64,000 nucleotides of DNA from a virus, in IMG/VR virus record IMGVR_UViG_3300034107_000136, positions 37,710 to 101,709 of that record; one strand, written 5' to 3'. Under the pieces are notes generated by a model. That model was not told where the DNA came from and did not search any database. It was given only the letters and a program-made list of their open reading frames with translations. The stretch's first letter is position 1. Each line of letters begins with the position of its first letter. A program made the position numbers and the translations under genes. Positions 38,211 to 47,105 of the stretch are shown here, one piece after another.

Positions 38211-39990
38211 TCTGTCAGAATTCCTTAGTGCCCTTGATGAGTCTCCATTTGAAGAGAGTCCAGTAGACCTTGACACATTCCTTCATGATCCCCAATATTT
38301 AGATCAGCCAGAACTATCACAGATCCAAAGAGATCTTGTAGAGGCCATGAGTCAAATCTATAAAGAAGATGATCTTATTAGGTTCATGGGATATGAAGAA
38401 GGTAAAGCACACTTTAAAAAATATACTAAAGCAGAGGTGCTTCTTCAGTTAGGCAAGGGATCTGGTAAAGATCACACATCCACCATTGGTTGTGCATACC
38501 TCGTATACAAACTCCTATGCTTAAAAGATCCCGCAAGATACTTTGGTAAACCACCCGGTGATGCTATTGATATTATCAATGTCGCGGTAAACGCTCAACA
38601 GGCAAAGAATGTATTCTTTAAAGGATTTAAGAATAAGATTGCTCGTTCCCCTTGGTTTGCAGGCAAGTATGATGCAAAGGCTGATAGCATTGAGTTTGAC
38701 AGAGCAATAACCGTATACTCTGGTCACTCTGAAAGAGAGGGCCATGAAGGACTCAATCTTATCTTGGCAATCCTTGATGAGATTTCTGGTTTTGCTCAAG
38801 ACTCTGCATCTGGAAACGAAAATGCAAAGACTGGTGATGCTATCTATAAAGCATTCCGTGCTTCTGTTGATTCAAGATTTCCAGACTTTGGAAAAGTAAT
38901 CCTGCTCTCATTCCCCCGATATCCAGGAGATTTTATCTCTAAGCGATATGACGAGGTAGTTGCTGAAAAAGATGTTGAACATAAGTCCCATACATTTGTT
39001 ATTAATGAAGAACTGCCACATGATTCACTAGATAATCAGTTTACTGTTGAGTGGACAGAGGATCATATAATATCCTATAAGTATCCAGGCATTTACGCCA
39101 TTAAGCGTCCAACATGGGATGCAAACCCAACAAGAAGAATTGAAGACTTTAAGATTGCATTCATGACTGATAACGCAGACGCTATGCAACGCTTTGCATG
39201 TATGCCATCATTCTCATCAGATGCATTCTTTAAGGATAAGAGTGTTCTTGAAAGAGCAATGTCTCTGCATAACCCCATAGATCAGTTCAAGCGGGTAGAA
39301 CCAGTATGGCAGCCTCAAGAGGGTGTTCGATACTATGTTCATGCTGACCTTGCCCAGAAGCACGACAAGTGTGCTGTTGCTATTGCTCATGTGGATAAGT
39401 GGGTTCAAGTAAGAACATTCAACGACTATACACAGATTCATCCATTTATTATTGTAGATGCAATTGTTTGGTGGGAGCCAAGAAAAGAAGGTCCAGTCAA
39501 CCTATCAGAAGTAAAGGATTGGATTGTTGATCTGCGTAGGCAAGGATTTAGCCTAGGTCTTGTTACGTTTGACAGATGGCAATCATTTGACATTCAACAA
39601 GAACTACAATCTGTAGGAATTAAAACAGATACTCTTTCTGTAGGAAAGAAACACTATGAAGATCTTGCAATGCTCTATTACGAGAACCGTGTAGTGATGC
39701 CTCACATAGACATTCTCTTACAAGAAATGAGCGAGTTAAGAATTGTAAGTGACAAGAAGGTCGATCACCCCAGAAAAGGCTCTAAGGATCTCTCAGATGC
39801 CGTTACAGGGGCGGTATACAATGCAATAGCGCACAGCCCTCGTAATGCTAATCAAGAGATTGAAATTCATGACTGGAAATCAATAAATAAAAAACATGTT
39901 ACAGATGCTAATGAAGACAATAAACGGTGGGAACCAAAGGAAATGCCAGACGACATTGCTGATTTCCTTGACTCATTTAATATGCTGTAG
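38200..39990 (+). CDS. Terminase large subunit
   Basis: GKGSGKD Walker A; ILDE Walker B; HADLA, FDRWQS, DHP...KDLSDA nuclease motifs. Confidence 0.92.
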   Translation: MNLDLSEFLSALDESPFEESPVDLDTFLHDPQYLDQPELSQIQRDLVEAMSQIYKEDDLIRFMGYEEGKAHFKKYTKAEVLLQLGKGSGKDHTSTIGCAYLVYKLLCLKDPARYFGKPPGDAIDIINVAVNAQQAKNVFFKGFKNKIARSPWFAGKYDAKADSIEFDRAITVYSGHSEREGHEGLNLILAILDEISGFAQDSASGNENAKTGDAIYKAFRASVDSRFPDFGKVILLSFPRYPGDFISKRYDEVVAEKDVEHKSHTFVINEELPHDSLDNQFTVEWTEDHIISYKYPGIYAIKRPTWDANPTRRIEDFKIAFMTDNADAMQRFACMPSFSSDAFFKDKSVLERAMSLHNPIDQFKRVEPVWQPQEGVRYYVHADLAQKHDKCAVAIAHVDKWVQVRTFNDYTQIHPFIIVDAIVWWEPRKEGPVNLSEVKDWIVDLRRQGFSLGLVTFDRWQSFDIQQELQSVGIKTDTLSVGKKHYEDLAMLYYENRVVMPHIDILLQEMSELRIVSDKKVDHPRKGSKDLSDAVTGAVYNAIAHSPRNANQEIEIHDWKSINKKHVTDANEDNKRWEPKEMPDDIADFLDSFNML

Positions 39991-40019
39991 TATAATTTTC
40001 ATATCAGAAAGGTAACAAT

Positions 40020-40202
40020 ATGGTTATATCATTTCTAATTGCTACGTTAATAATATTTTTATTAAACTTATTCATAACTCTGCTTTCTATTTCAAATCAG
40101 TACGGAGATGATCAAGAAGGCGTTGAGGTCTTTAGGGTAATAACATTAGGAGCAGTCTTAGTAATGATTACTTGGAATATAGTCGCCATAGTGTATATAT
40201 AA
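40020..40202 (+). CDS. Small two-TM membrane protein
   Basis: Two hydrophobic segments. Confidence 0.5.
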   Translation: MVISFLIATLIIFLLNLFITLLSISNQYGDDQEGVEVFRVITLGAVLVMITWNIVAIVYI

Positions 40203-40207
40203 ATCAA

Positions 40208-40281
40208 GCGTCACGGCTGGCTGGTGGTCAGATGGTGTCTTATATACATCCTAGAGTTGGGTTCAATCCCCAAGTGACGTA
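40208..40281 (+). tRNA. tRNA-Ile(UAU)
   Basis: Acceptor GCGTCAC/GTGACGT; anticodon arm GGTGT-CTTATAT-ACATC; T arm TTGGG-TTCAATC-CCCAA. Confidence 0.85.
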
Positions 40282-40316
40282 CAATTGTTATATAATTATA
40301 CAAAGGAGTTGATAAA

Positions 40317-40652
40317 ATGCCAATGTTATATTTACTAATGATTATTCCGTGGGCATTGACAGTAGTACTGTTATCCTATATAATTGTAAAGAATAATAAC
40401 AGAGATTTAGAAGAAGGTTATGATGATCTTAACATTGAAGATGAAGGTGATCATAAAATAATTCGTGCTGCAATATACGACAGTAAAGCATTCTGGGTTG
40501 ATGAAAATATATTCTACGAATCAGAAGTTATTAGAGAGCCAGACTGGTCTACAGCAAGACCAATCGACACAATGAAATTGTCAGAGAAATCTTTAAGCAA
40601 TCTATTAAAGATTCTTGATGATCTAAAAGAAAATGAAAAGGAAGAGCGATGA
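40317..40652 (+). CDS. Membrane-anchored hypothetical protein
   Basis: N-terminal TM helix. Confidence 0.55.
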   Translation: MPMLYLLMIIPWALTVVLLSYIIVKNNNRDLEEGYDDLNIEDEGDHKIIRAAIYDSKAFWVDENIFYESEVIREPDWSTARPIDTMKLSEKSLSNLLKILDDLKENEKEER

Positions 40653-40996
40653 ATGTGGCAGTGCAAGGAACAAAAAACTTTATTGAATACAATGTGTTTA
40701 TGCGTGCGATGGGGGTAGCCCTATCATCTATTGCTGATGATGATGAATTTAATGTATATACTGTTGGTCCAGCACAAGTAAACTCCTTCACTTCAGAGTT
40801 CTGCAATATGTCAGAAGGAGGGCTGATGAGAAGAGGAATCAAGACAAGATTCTTTAAAGTTCCATCATCCTATATTGAAAAGAACGCCAAAACATTCGAC
40901 TACTTTGCCTTTCTTTCTTCCCCAAATGAGCGACCTTCAAGTCTGGTCACATACATGGAACTTATGGGAGTAGAAACTGGCATCTTTAGATATTAG
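40649..40996 (+). CDS. SLOG/YspA-like protein (putative)
   Basis: VAVQGTKNF..Y N-terminal motif. Confidence 0.45.
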   Translation: MNVAVQGTKNFIEYNVFMRAMGVALSSIADDDEFNVYTVGPAQVNSFTSEFCNMSEGGLMRRGIKTRFFKVPSSYIEKNAKTFDYFAFLSSPNERPSSLVTYMELMGVETGIFRY

Positions 40997-40999
40997 GAT

Positions 41000-41365
41000 G
41001 TGAACATGCTCTCAAGAAGAGATACTGCATACCTTAGTGTTGCCAGATACTGTGCAGCAAAGTCAGTTGCTAGGAATACTCATGGAGCCGTTGTTGTTAA
41101 GGGCGGTAGAGTTCTAGGAATTGGATGGAATAAGAATAGAAATAACCCCACAAAGGTTTCTCCAGAACATATTAAGACTGAATGTTCATACCATGCAGAA
41201 GAAGTTGCAATTCGGGAAGCAGGGAAAGATAACGTTCGTGGGGCTATAATCTATGTGGCAAGAATAAGTAAAAATGGTAGTGATAGAGATAGCAAGCCGT
41301 GTTCAAATTGCGCTGCTCTTATTGAGCAGGTAGGAATTAAGCGAGTTATCTTTACATCTCAATAG
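41000..41365 (+). CDS. Zinc-dependent cytidine/dCMP-type deaminase
   Basis: HGAVVV...HAEE...KPCSNC. Confidence 0.85.
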   Translation: MNMLSRRDTAYLSVARYCAAKSVARNTHGAVVVKGGRVLGIGWNKNRNNPTKVSPEHIKTECSYHAEEVAIREAGKDNVRGAIIYVARISKNGSDRDSKPCSNCAALIEQVGIKRVIFTSQ

Positions 41366-41374
41366 GAGAATATA

Positions 41375-41605
41375 ATGATTGTAACTAATTTAGAGCAAAT
41401 GGAAACCATTGTTTCATCACGAAAAGATTTGTCTTGGGATGGTTGGAACGTAGTAAAGCATAGCACTAGCAGCAACGCTATGTATTCAGTTGATGGAGAG
41501 TTTAAAGGTGGTAAGTGGATGAAGAAGAAAGTATTTCCTCTTACAGAGACTGGATGGAATATTTCAATCGTAGCAGGGAAACATGATGCACAGTTGGAAA
41601 AGTGA
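41375..41605 (+). CDS. Hypothetical protein
   Basis: ORF with SD; LSWDGW. Confidence 0.55.
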   Translation: MIVTNLEQMETIVSSRKDLSWDGWNVVKHSTSSNAMYSVDGEFKGGKWMKKKVFPLTETGWNISIVAGKHDAQLEK

Positions 41606-41867
41606 TGCCAAATGCTTAGGAAAAGATACAAATCTATTCTTTGATAAGTATGAAGAAGATAAGGTTATAGCAAAAAAGGTAGACGCCTTTTGCCAATCAT
41701 GCAAAATGAACAGGATGTGTTTTTCTACTGGATTCTCTGGTAAAGAGTGGGGGGTATGGGGTGGAGTTTATCTAAAAGATGGTAAAATAGATAAAGAACA
41801 AAACTCCCATAAGACTAGAGAAGATTGGTCTAACACTTGGGAGTCATTAACTACGGAGATAAATTAA
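41583..41867 (+). CDS. whiB: WhiB-family transcription factor
   Basis: W...A.C...FF...C..C.....C...GVWGG. Confidence 0.9.
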   Translation: MMHSWKSDAKCLGKDTNLFFDKYEEDKVIAKKVDAFCQSCKMNRMCFSTGFSGKEWGVWGGVYLKDGKIDKEQNSHKTREDWSNTWESLTTEIN

Positions 41868-42118
41868 TGTATACACCAGAGGTTGGAATGGCTATCAGAG
41901 CAGTTAAAATTCCAGTAGACATGTCTGTTGACATTGTTGATTATGGAAAATACCTTGGCATTAGATTTTACGAAAGCGAGTGGCAGCATATTAGTGAATA
42001 TGAAAGAACTAAAATGGCTGCCTATTTTGAATTAATTAGAAGGATCATTAAGAGTAAGGGTCTTGAGTCAACTCTAGATCCTATTTACGATAAACCCGGA
42101 ATTCAGGTATTGTCATGA
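41867..42118 (+). CDS. Hypothetical protein
   Basis: Coupled ORF (TAATG). Confidence 0.55.
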   Translation: MYTPEVGMAIRAVKIPVDMSVDIVDYGKYLGIRFYESEWQHISEYERTKMAAYFELIRRIIKSKGLESTLDPIYDKPGIQVLS

Positions 42119-43185
42119 GTATATTTATTTCAATTGCTGGATACCGTGATACGGAGTTACCTAAAACAATTAAAAGTTTATACAATAACGCTGACAAACC
42201 TGAAGAACTTTATTTTGGAATTGTATCTCAAGATCTTAAAAATAAACATCCAGACGTTAGTTGGCTTGGAGATCAGGCAAAAATATATGAGATGCACGCT
42301 AGAGATGCAAAGGGTGCAGGCTATGCAAGAAAAATTGCGATGGAGTTGTATGAAGAAGAGGATTACTTTCTTCAAACTGATTCTCATATGCGATTTATTA
42401 AGGGTTGGGACACTAAATTAAAAGATATGCTTTTAGAATCTCAAAAGTTATCTAAAAATAAAAAGGTAATCCTCAGTCAGTTCCCTGCACCCTACACCAT
42501 CCACTCAGATGGTAGGGATTATTATGAAAAAGGAGATCCAGACTTTTGGGATGATGTGTCTTGGACAAGTGTGGTTAATACTTGGACTGGTGTTTGGGCT
42601 GGCAATAGAGAAGTCATGGAAGATAAAACAAAGCCCATGAAGTCTCACACTGTTCTTGCTGGGCTACTCTTTACTATTGGAGACTTTGTAAAAGAAATTC
42701 CATACGATGAAAGAATATGCTTTATGGGTGAAGAGTTGTGTATTGCAATGAGAGCCTACACTAGAGGTTGGGACATATATGCACCTAACGAAATGGTGTG
42801 TTGGCACTTCTATAAGCGTGAGAATAGACCAAAGGTATGGAATGATAATACTGGTGTTCGTTCTTGGACAGACATTGAAATGAAATCTCAAAAAGTTCAG
42901 AGAGATGTTATTCTAGGTATTGAGCAAGGTGTTTATGGAATAGGCGACTACGACAAGTATGTTGAATATCAAGAAATGATTGGAATAAACTTTGCTGATT
43001 TTTATACAAACAGCATAGACCGTAAAGTTAATTTAGGATTGCTTACTCAAGAAACTATTTTTGATGAAGAATTTAATATGATCGAAATATCAATAACTGG
43101 GTACTGTAACTCTGGTCTTCATGAAGAATGTTTTGCAAAAGATAACTGTCATTGTATTTGTCACGAAGGAGAAAAAAATGTCTGA
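42115..43185 (+). CDS. GlcNAc transferase (GT60/Skp1-GlcNAcT-like)
   Basis: IFISIAGYRD..L; QTDSHMRF; YD..I.FMGEE; WHFY.R. Confidence 0.8.
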   Translation: MSIFISIAGYRDTELPKTIKSLYNNADKPEELYFGIVSQDLKNKHPDVSWLGDQAKIYEMHARDAKGAGYARKIAMELYEEEDYFLQTDSHMRFIKGWDTKLKDMLLESQKLSKNKKVILSQFPAPYTIHSDGRDYYEKGDPDFWDDVSWTSVVNTWTGVWAGNREVMEDKTKPMKSHTVLAGLLFTIGDFVKEIPYDERICFMGEELCIAMRAYTRGWDIYAPNEMVCWHFYKRENRPKVWNDNTGVRSWTDIEMKSQKVQRDVILGIEQGVYGIGDYDKYVEYQEMIGINFADFYTNSIDRKVNLGLLTQETIFDEEFNMIEISITGYCNSGLHEECFAKDNCHCICHEGEKNV

Positions 43186-43348
43186 GAATAACGATAGACT
43201 AATTAGTAACATGAACGCTGCATCTAGTAATATCAGAAAGATTATTGCTGGCAAAGGCGGGGACGGAGCAGAAAAAAAGTATGGTCAGGCATACCAAGAA
43301 CTGGTAAAGGTTGGACTAAAACCACAACTGCGTAAGAGATATAGATGA
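43178..43348 (+). CDS. Hypothetical protein
   Basis: Coupled basic ORF. Confidence 0.5.
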   Translation: MSENNDRLISNMNAASSNIRKIIAGKGGDGAEKKYGQAYQELVKVGLKPQLRKRYR

Positions 43349-43980
43349 ATCAAGATGTCATCATTCCTTGGAGGAACGTAGGAGAGCCTTGGAGAAAGAA
43401 ACATTTTAATTTTCTCTTGGACTACTACTCCAAAAACTTTAATATAATTATTGGAAACAATGAGGGTGAGTTTAATAGGTCTGCGGCAAGAAATAGAGGA
43501 GTTGCAGAAAGCACCAGTTCCGTTTCTGTAATCATTGATGCTGACAATTATATCCCTATTAATCAAATACTAGATGCAGTTAGGGCGGCAGAAAGAAAAG
43601 ACATATTAGTAAAACCATTCTCTTCATTTGGATACTTAACTGAAGAATCCACAAACTTGTTTTATGAATACTATTATAATCAGTATATGGACTTCAGTCC
43701 CACATACATAGAACCCCCACAAAAAGATTTTACTGGAGGAGCCTATGTTATGAAGAAATCTCTTTGGCAGGATCTTGGGGGAATGGACGAAGGTTTTGTT
43801 GGATGGGGTGCAGAAGATGATGCATTTCATTTATTATGCAAGAACAAAGAAATAGCAATAAAGTATATACCTGGGATTGATCATCACCTTTATCATCCTG
43901 CATTCAGAATAACGTCTGAGTTTAACTATAATAAATTAATGAAGGAGTATGTACATGGGAACAAGTCATCCAGAAAGTAG
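43345..43980 (+). CDS. Glycosyltransferase (GT2/GT7-C galactosyltransferase-like)
   Basis: FNRSAARN, DAD, GGMDEGFVGWGAEDD, HLYH. Confidence 0.88.
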   Translation: MNQDVIIPWRNVGEPWRKKHFNFLLDYYSKNFNIIIGNNEGEFNRSAARNRGVAESTSSVSVIIDADNYIPINQILDAVRAAERKDILVKPFSSFGYLTEESTNLFYEYYYNQYMDFSPTYIEPPQKDFTGGAYVMKKSLWQDLGGMDEGFVGWGAEDDAFHLLCKNKEIAIKYIPGIDHHLYHPAFRITSEFNYNKLMKEYVHGNKSSRK

Positions 43981-44464
43981 ACCTTGGGTACTAGATAAAA
44001 TTATTAAGAATGATATTAAATCAATCATTGATATTGGTGCTGGGTCAGGAACATATTATGATGCACTAAAACAAACAAGATACAAGGGCACCATTGATGC
44101 TGTAGAAGTTTGGGAACCATATGCTATTGAGTTTAATTTAAAGAAAAAGTATAAGAAACTTTGGATAGAAGATGTCAGAACCTTTGATCGCTTTCATCAT
44201 GACCTAGCCATCTTTGGAGATGTGTTAGAGCACATGACAGTAGACGAAGCACTTGATGTTTGGAATAGGGCATCAAAGTACTGTGCGTTTGCAGTTATCT
44301 CTATACCAATTATTGAGTATCATCAACACGCTATAAATGGCAACCCATATGAGGAGCACATTAAAGAGGATTGGACTCATCAAGAGGTTCTTGACACGTT
44401 CCCCCACATCATTGATTCTTGGCAGGGTGAAGTTGTTGGAGCATATTGGGCAAAGTTTAGATAA
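43955..44464 (+). CDS. Class I SAM-dependent methyltransferase
   Basis: IDIGAGSG; GDVLEHM. Confidence 0.85.
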   Translation: MGTSHPESRPWVLDKIIKNDIKSIIDIGAGSGTYYDALKQTRYKGTIDAVEVWEPYAIEFNLKKKYKKLWIEDVRTFDRFHHDLAIFGDVLEHMTVDEALDVWNRASKYCAFAVISIPIIEYHQHAINGNPYEEHIKEDWTHQEVLDTFPHIIDSWQGEVVGAYWAKFR

Positions 44465-44476
44465 AAGGAATAAATT

Positions 44477-44683
44477 ATGTATGTTGCAAAATTTAGTAGA
44501 GATTCAATCTTCTGGATAGTAACTATATTTGAAAAACGTTGGTCTGAATCAATGCTATCAAATGAATTAATTGAAATAAACAGAAAAGTATTTATACTAC
44601 ATTCCAGTGGATATCGTTGGATCAACTCAGAAATTTCTAGAATTCTATTCGATCAACATAAATTAGAGATAGTAAATGGATAG
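44477..44683 (+). CDS. Hypothetical protein
   Basis: ORF with SD AAGGA. Confidence 0.45.
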   Translation: MYVAKFSRDSIFWIVTIFEKRWSESMLSNELIEINRKVFILHSSGYRWINSEISRILFDQHKLEIVNG

Positions 44684-44701
44684 AATGATAGAATAGTATG
44701 T

Positions 44702-44854
44702 ATGGTAGCCATAAGTGATATATATGAAGACTCAGACACATATGTTTGCATAACCCATAAGCAGTTAATGCCATGCATTCAAGAAGGTAATCATCTAGTA
44801 TCAAATTGGGTTTCAGATGTACAAAAAATCTTAAAAATAATGGAGAAAACATGA
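44702..44854 (+). CDS. Small hypothetical protein (not in ORF track)
   Basis: MVAISDIYEDSDTYVCITHKQLMPC...; TAGAAT-7nt-ATG; overlaps next start. Confidence 0.5.
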   Translation: MVAISDIYEDSDTYVCITHKQLMPCIQEGNHLVSNWVSDVQKILKIMEKT

Positions 44855-45633
44855 GTTGGATTAAAAGAGAATCAGGAAATAGCGTGAGTAATCAAAACAC
44901 CAATACCACTAATAAGGTCGCTAGTAACTCTAATAGTTGGAAGTTAGTGGCTGGTGGAGAAGCCCTAAGAAATCAAGTAAACAATCGCTGGCCCAATAGG
45001 GACAAGCGTAGCGATGGAACTAAGGGTGATTCTGCCCATGCAACTAGAATCAGTGATCATAATCCAGATAGCAAGGGCGTAGTTCATGCATTGGATATTG
45101 ATGAGGATCTGAAGGGATCTAAGAATGACAACGTATGGTTTTCAGATCAACTAATTGCATACGCCAGAACAAGAAAGCCTGGATCAGAAAGATTAAAGAA
45201 TGTAGTTTATGAAAATAGAGTAGCATCAGGAACATATCCCACTAATTATTGGACATGGAGAAACGGAAACTTTGGTCATGATATTCATATGCACATATCT
45301 TTTTCTAATAAAGGTGAAACTGATGCAATGAAGTTTGACATTCCAATCCTTATGGGTAAGGGTGGTCAATGGGATGGAGCAGTTCCATTCTTTGATATCC
45401 TTTTAAATGCATCCATTAATGGTGCAACAAGCACAGCAACTTGGAGACTTGCTTGCAGACTTTCAGAATTAGGATTCTTTGAAGGAGCAGTGCAGCCAGA
45501 AGGAAAGCAGGCATTCCCATCTAGGGCAATAAAGAACATGCAAGACTATATGGGATGGGACAGAACCACATACAATGCAAAGATTCATAAAACAATTTGG
45601 AAAGAACTAACGCTTTCACATCTAGAAGCCTGA
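44851..45633 (+). CDS. Endolysin-like zinc peptidase (M15-like) with C-terminal cell-wall-binding-like domain
   Basis: SDG..GD..H...SDHNPD....HALDID...H.HISF. Confidence 0.65.
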   Translation: MSWIKRESGNSVSNQNTNTTNKVASNSNSWKLVAGGEALRNQVNNRWPNRDKRSDGTKGDSAHATRISDHNPDSKGVVHALDIDEDLKGSKNDNVWFSDQLIAYARTRKPGSERLKNVVYENRVASGTYPTNYWTWRNGNFGHDIHMHISFSNKGETDAMKFDIPILMGKGGQWDGAVPFFDILLNASINGATSTATWRLACRLSELGFFEGAVQPEGKQAFPSRAIKNMQDYMGWDRTTYNAKIHKTIWKELTLSHLEA

Positions 45634-45717
45634 TGGTGATGATACTCACAGTTACTTTGTTTGACTAACAAACAAATTACTGATAAAATTGAGTATCACC
45701 CAAAAGGAGGTATTTAT

Positions 45718-45870
45718 ATGAAGACAATCACAAATTTGTTTTCTAGAATGTTTAAGTCTTATAACAATGAGATGACAAGCATTCATAGAGAGTGGGACAG
45801 ACAGCGAGCAAGATCCATGTCCCCTGCTGAAACAGCAGAAATTGATGCAATCTTTTCAAGACATGCTTAA
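45718..45870 (+). CDS. Small hypothetical protein
   Basis: Promoter TTGACT-17-TAAAAT, SD AAGGAGG. Confidence 0.55.
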   Translation: MKTITNLFSRMFKSYNNEMTSIHREWDRQRARSMSPAETAEIDAIFSRHA

Positions 45871-45873
45871 TGC

Positions 45874-45920
45874 TTGACAGTCCCACCCTTAAGGTATATG
45901 CTTTAGGGGTGGGTTAGTCA
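45874..45920 (+). promoter_or_regulatory. Promoter inside inverted repeat
   Basis: TTGACA-17-TATGCT within CCCACCCTTAAGG/CTTTAGGGGTGGG stem. Confidence 0.6.
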
Positions 45921-45942
45921 TTTCTAGAGTAAGGAGTTAAAA

Positions 45943-46128
45943 GTGTTAGATGCAAGAGGAATTCCAACAAGAGTGTGTCCGTGTTGTGGACACGATCTTT
46001 TCACAGTACAAGTTTCGTTCGATGAAGACTATGAGATTTGTGGATATCTTCTTAACTGTGAATGCGCCTATTGTCACACAAAACTAACCGCTCCAACCCC
46101 GCTAGACCTAATCATGGAGAGTTACTGA
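45943..46128 (+). CDS. Small zinc-finger protein
   Basis: RG.PT..CPCCG...ECAYC...TAPTP. Confidence 0.65.
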   Translation: MLDARGIPTRVCPCCGHDLFTVQVSFDEDYEICGYLLNCECAYCHTKLTAPTPLDLIMESY

Positions 46129-46158
46129 TGCAAACATTAGGTGTGCTATAATGTTTGC

Positions 46159-46605
46159 ATGAGAGAGATATCATTAACACAAGGAAAAACGGCATTAGTG
46201 GATGACGAAGACTACGAATATTTGATGCAATGGAACTGGCATGTAGCATCTAATAGATACGCATCTAGAGCAATTATGCTTCCCGATGGGAAAAAAACTA
46301 AAATTTCTATGCATAGGATAATAATGTCTTGTCCAGAATTTTATGAAATAGATCATATAAATAGAAATACTTTTGATAACAGGAAATCAAATTTAAGAAT
46401 AGTTTCACGCAAACAAAATGCAGATAATAGAAAAAATCTTTTCAAAAATAATACTAGCGGTGCTAAAGGTGTGTGCTTTCATAATGGAAAGTGGCAAGCA
46501 TCATATAGAAATAATGGACTATTGACGTATATTGGAAGATTCAATACAATAGAAGAAGCCAAAGAGGCATATGAGACTACAAAGTCTCACCTAACAAAGG
46601 AGTAA
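46159..46605 (+). CDS. HNH homing endonuclease with AP2-like domain
   Basis: VDDEDY; IDHINRNTFDNRKSNLR; NTSG.KGV...IGRF.T.EEA. Confidence 0.9.
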   Translation: MREISLTQGKTALVDDEDYEYLMQWNWHVASNRYASRAIMLPDGKKTKISMHRIIMSCPEFYEIDHINRNTFDNRKSNLRIVSRKQNADNRKNLFKNNTSGAKGVCFHNGKWQASYRNNGLLTYIGRFNTIEEAKEAYETTKSHLTKE

Positions 46606-46608
46606 ATC

Positions 46609-47097
46609 ATCCAAACATTCGTGCCTTTTAACGATATGAAGTTGTCTGCTTTTGCTCTTGACAATCTTCGTTTAAATAAACAACTCTTGGAAGGACGACA
46701 GATCTATAATATTCTTGTCTCAGGTAAGCGCACAGGGGCTTGGGTAAATCACCCGGCAGTCAAGATGTGGCGTCATTACGACATGGCCCTTCTAGAATAC
46801 CTGCGTGCAATCAAGGATGAGTGCGTTAGTCGCGGTATTCAGACTGAAAAAAACTGGAATGCCATCATGGAAATTGATAACCGTAATTGGAATCGCGGGA
46901 GTAATGTGGTTATGCCTCCATGGTGGAATGATGAGCGTGTACATGAATCACATCGTAATAATCTTTATATCAAAGATAGTGTTCATTATATGATCTTTGG
47001 TGATGCAAAACGTGTGACATGTTGTGATAGTTGTAATTATTTTTGGCCTACACACACTCTTTTTTACAATGCAGAACTGCTCAGCAATGCAGTATAA
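46609..47097 (+). CDS. Pyrimidine-dimer DNA glycosylase (DenV/MSMEG_6728-like); probable ATC start
   Basis: (I/M)QTFVP...LD..RL.KQ..E..QI; HPAVKMW; PPW; HESHR.NL..KD; Y.WP. Confidence 0.75.
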   Translation: MQTFVPFNDMKLSAFALDNLRLNKQLLEGRQIYNILVSGKRTGAWVNHPAVKMWRHYDMALLEYLRAIKDECVSRGIQTEKNWNAIMEIDNRNWNRGSNVVMPPWWNDERVHESHRNNLYIKDSVHYMIFGDAKRVTCCDSCNYFWPTHTLFYNAELLSNAV

Positions 47098-47105
47098 TTA
47101 GGTAC

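Noticed and set aside
24828-39990. Inteins in DnaB, DnaE, RecA or TerL
   Set aside because: Lengths are normal and no splice-junction or LAGLIDADG motifs were seen
41000-41365. Deaminase as TadA for tRNA-Arg(ACG)
   Set aside because: Motifs show only a generic Zn deaminase; substrate cannot be assigned from sequence
46139-46611. Group I intron carrying the HNH
   Set aside because: The insert is almost entirely ORF, leaving no room for a ribozyme core
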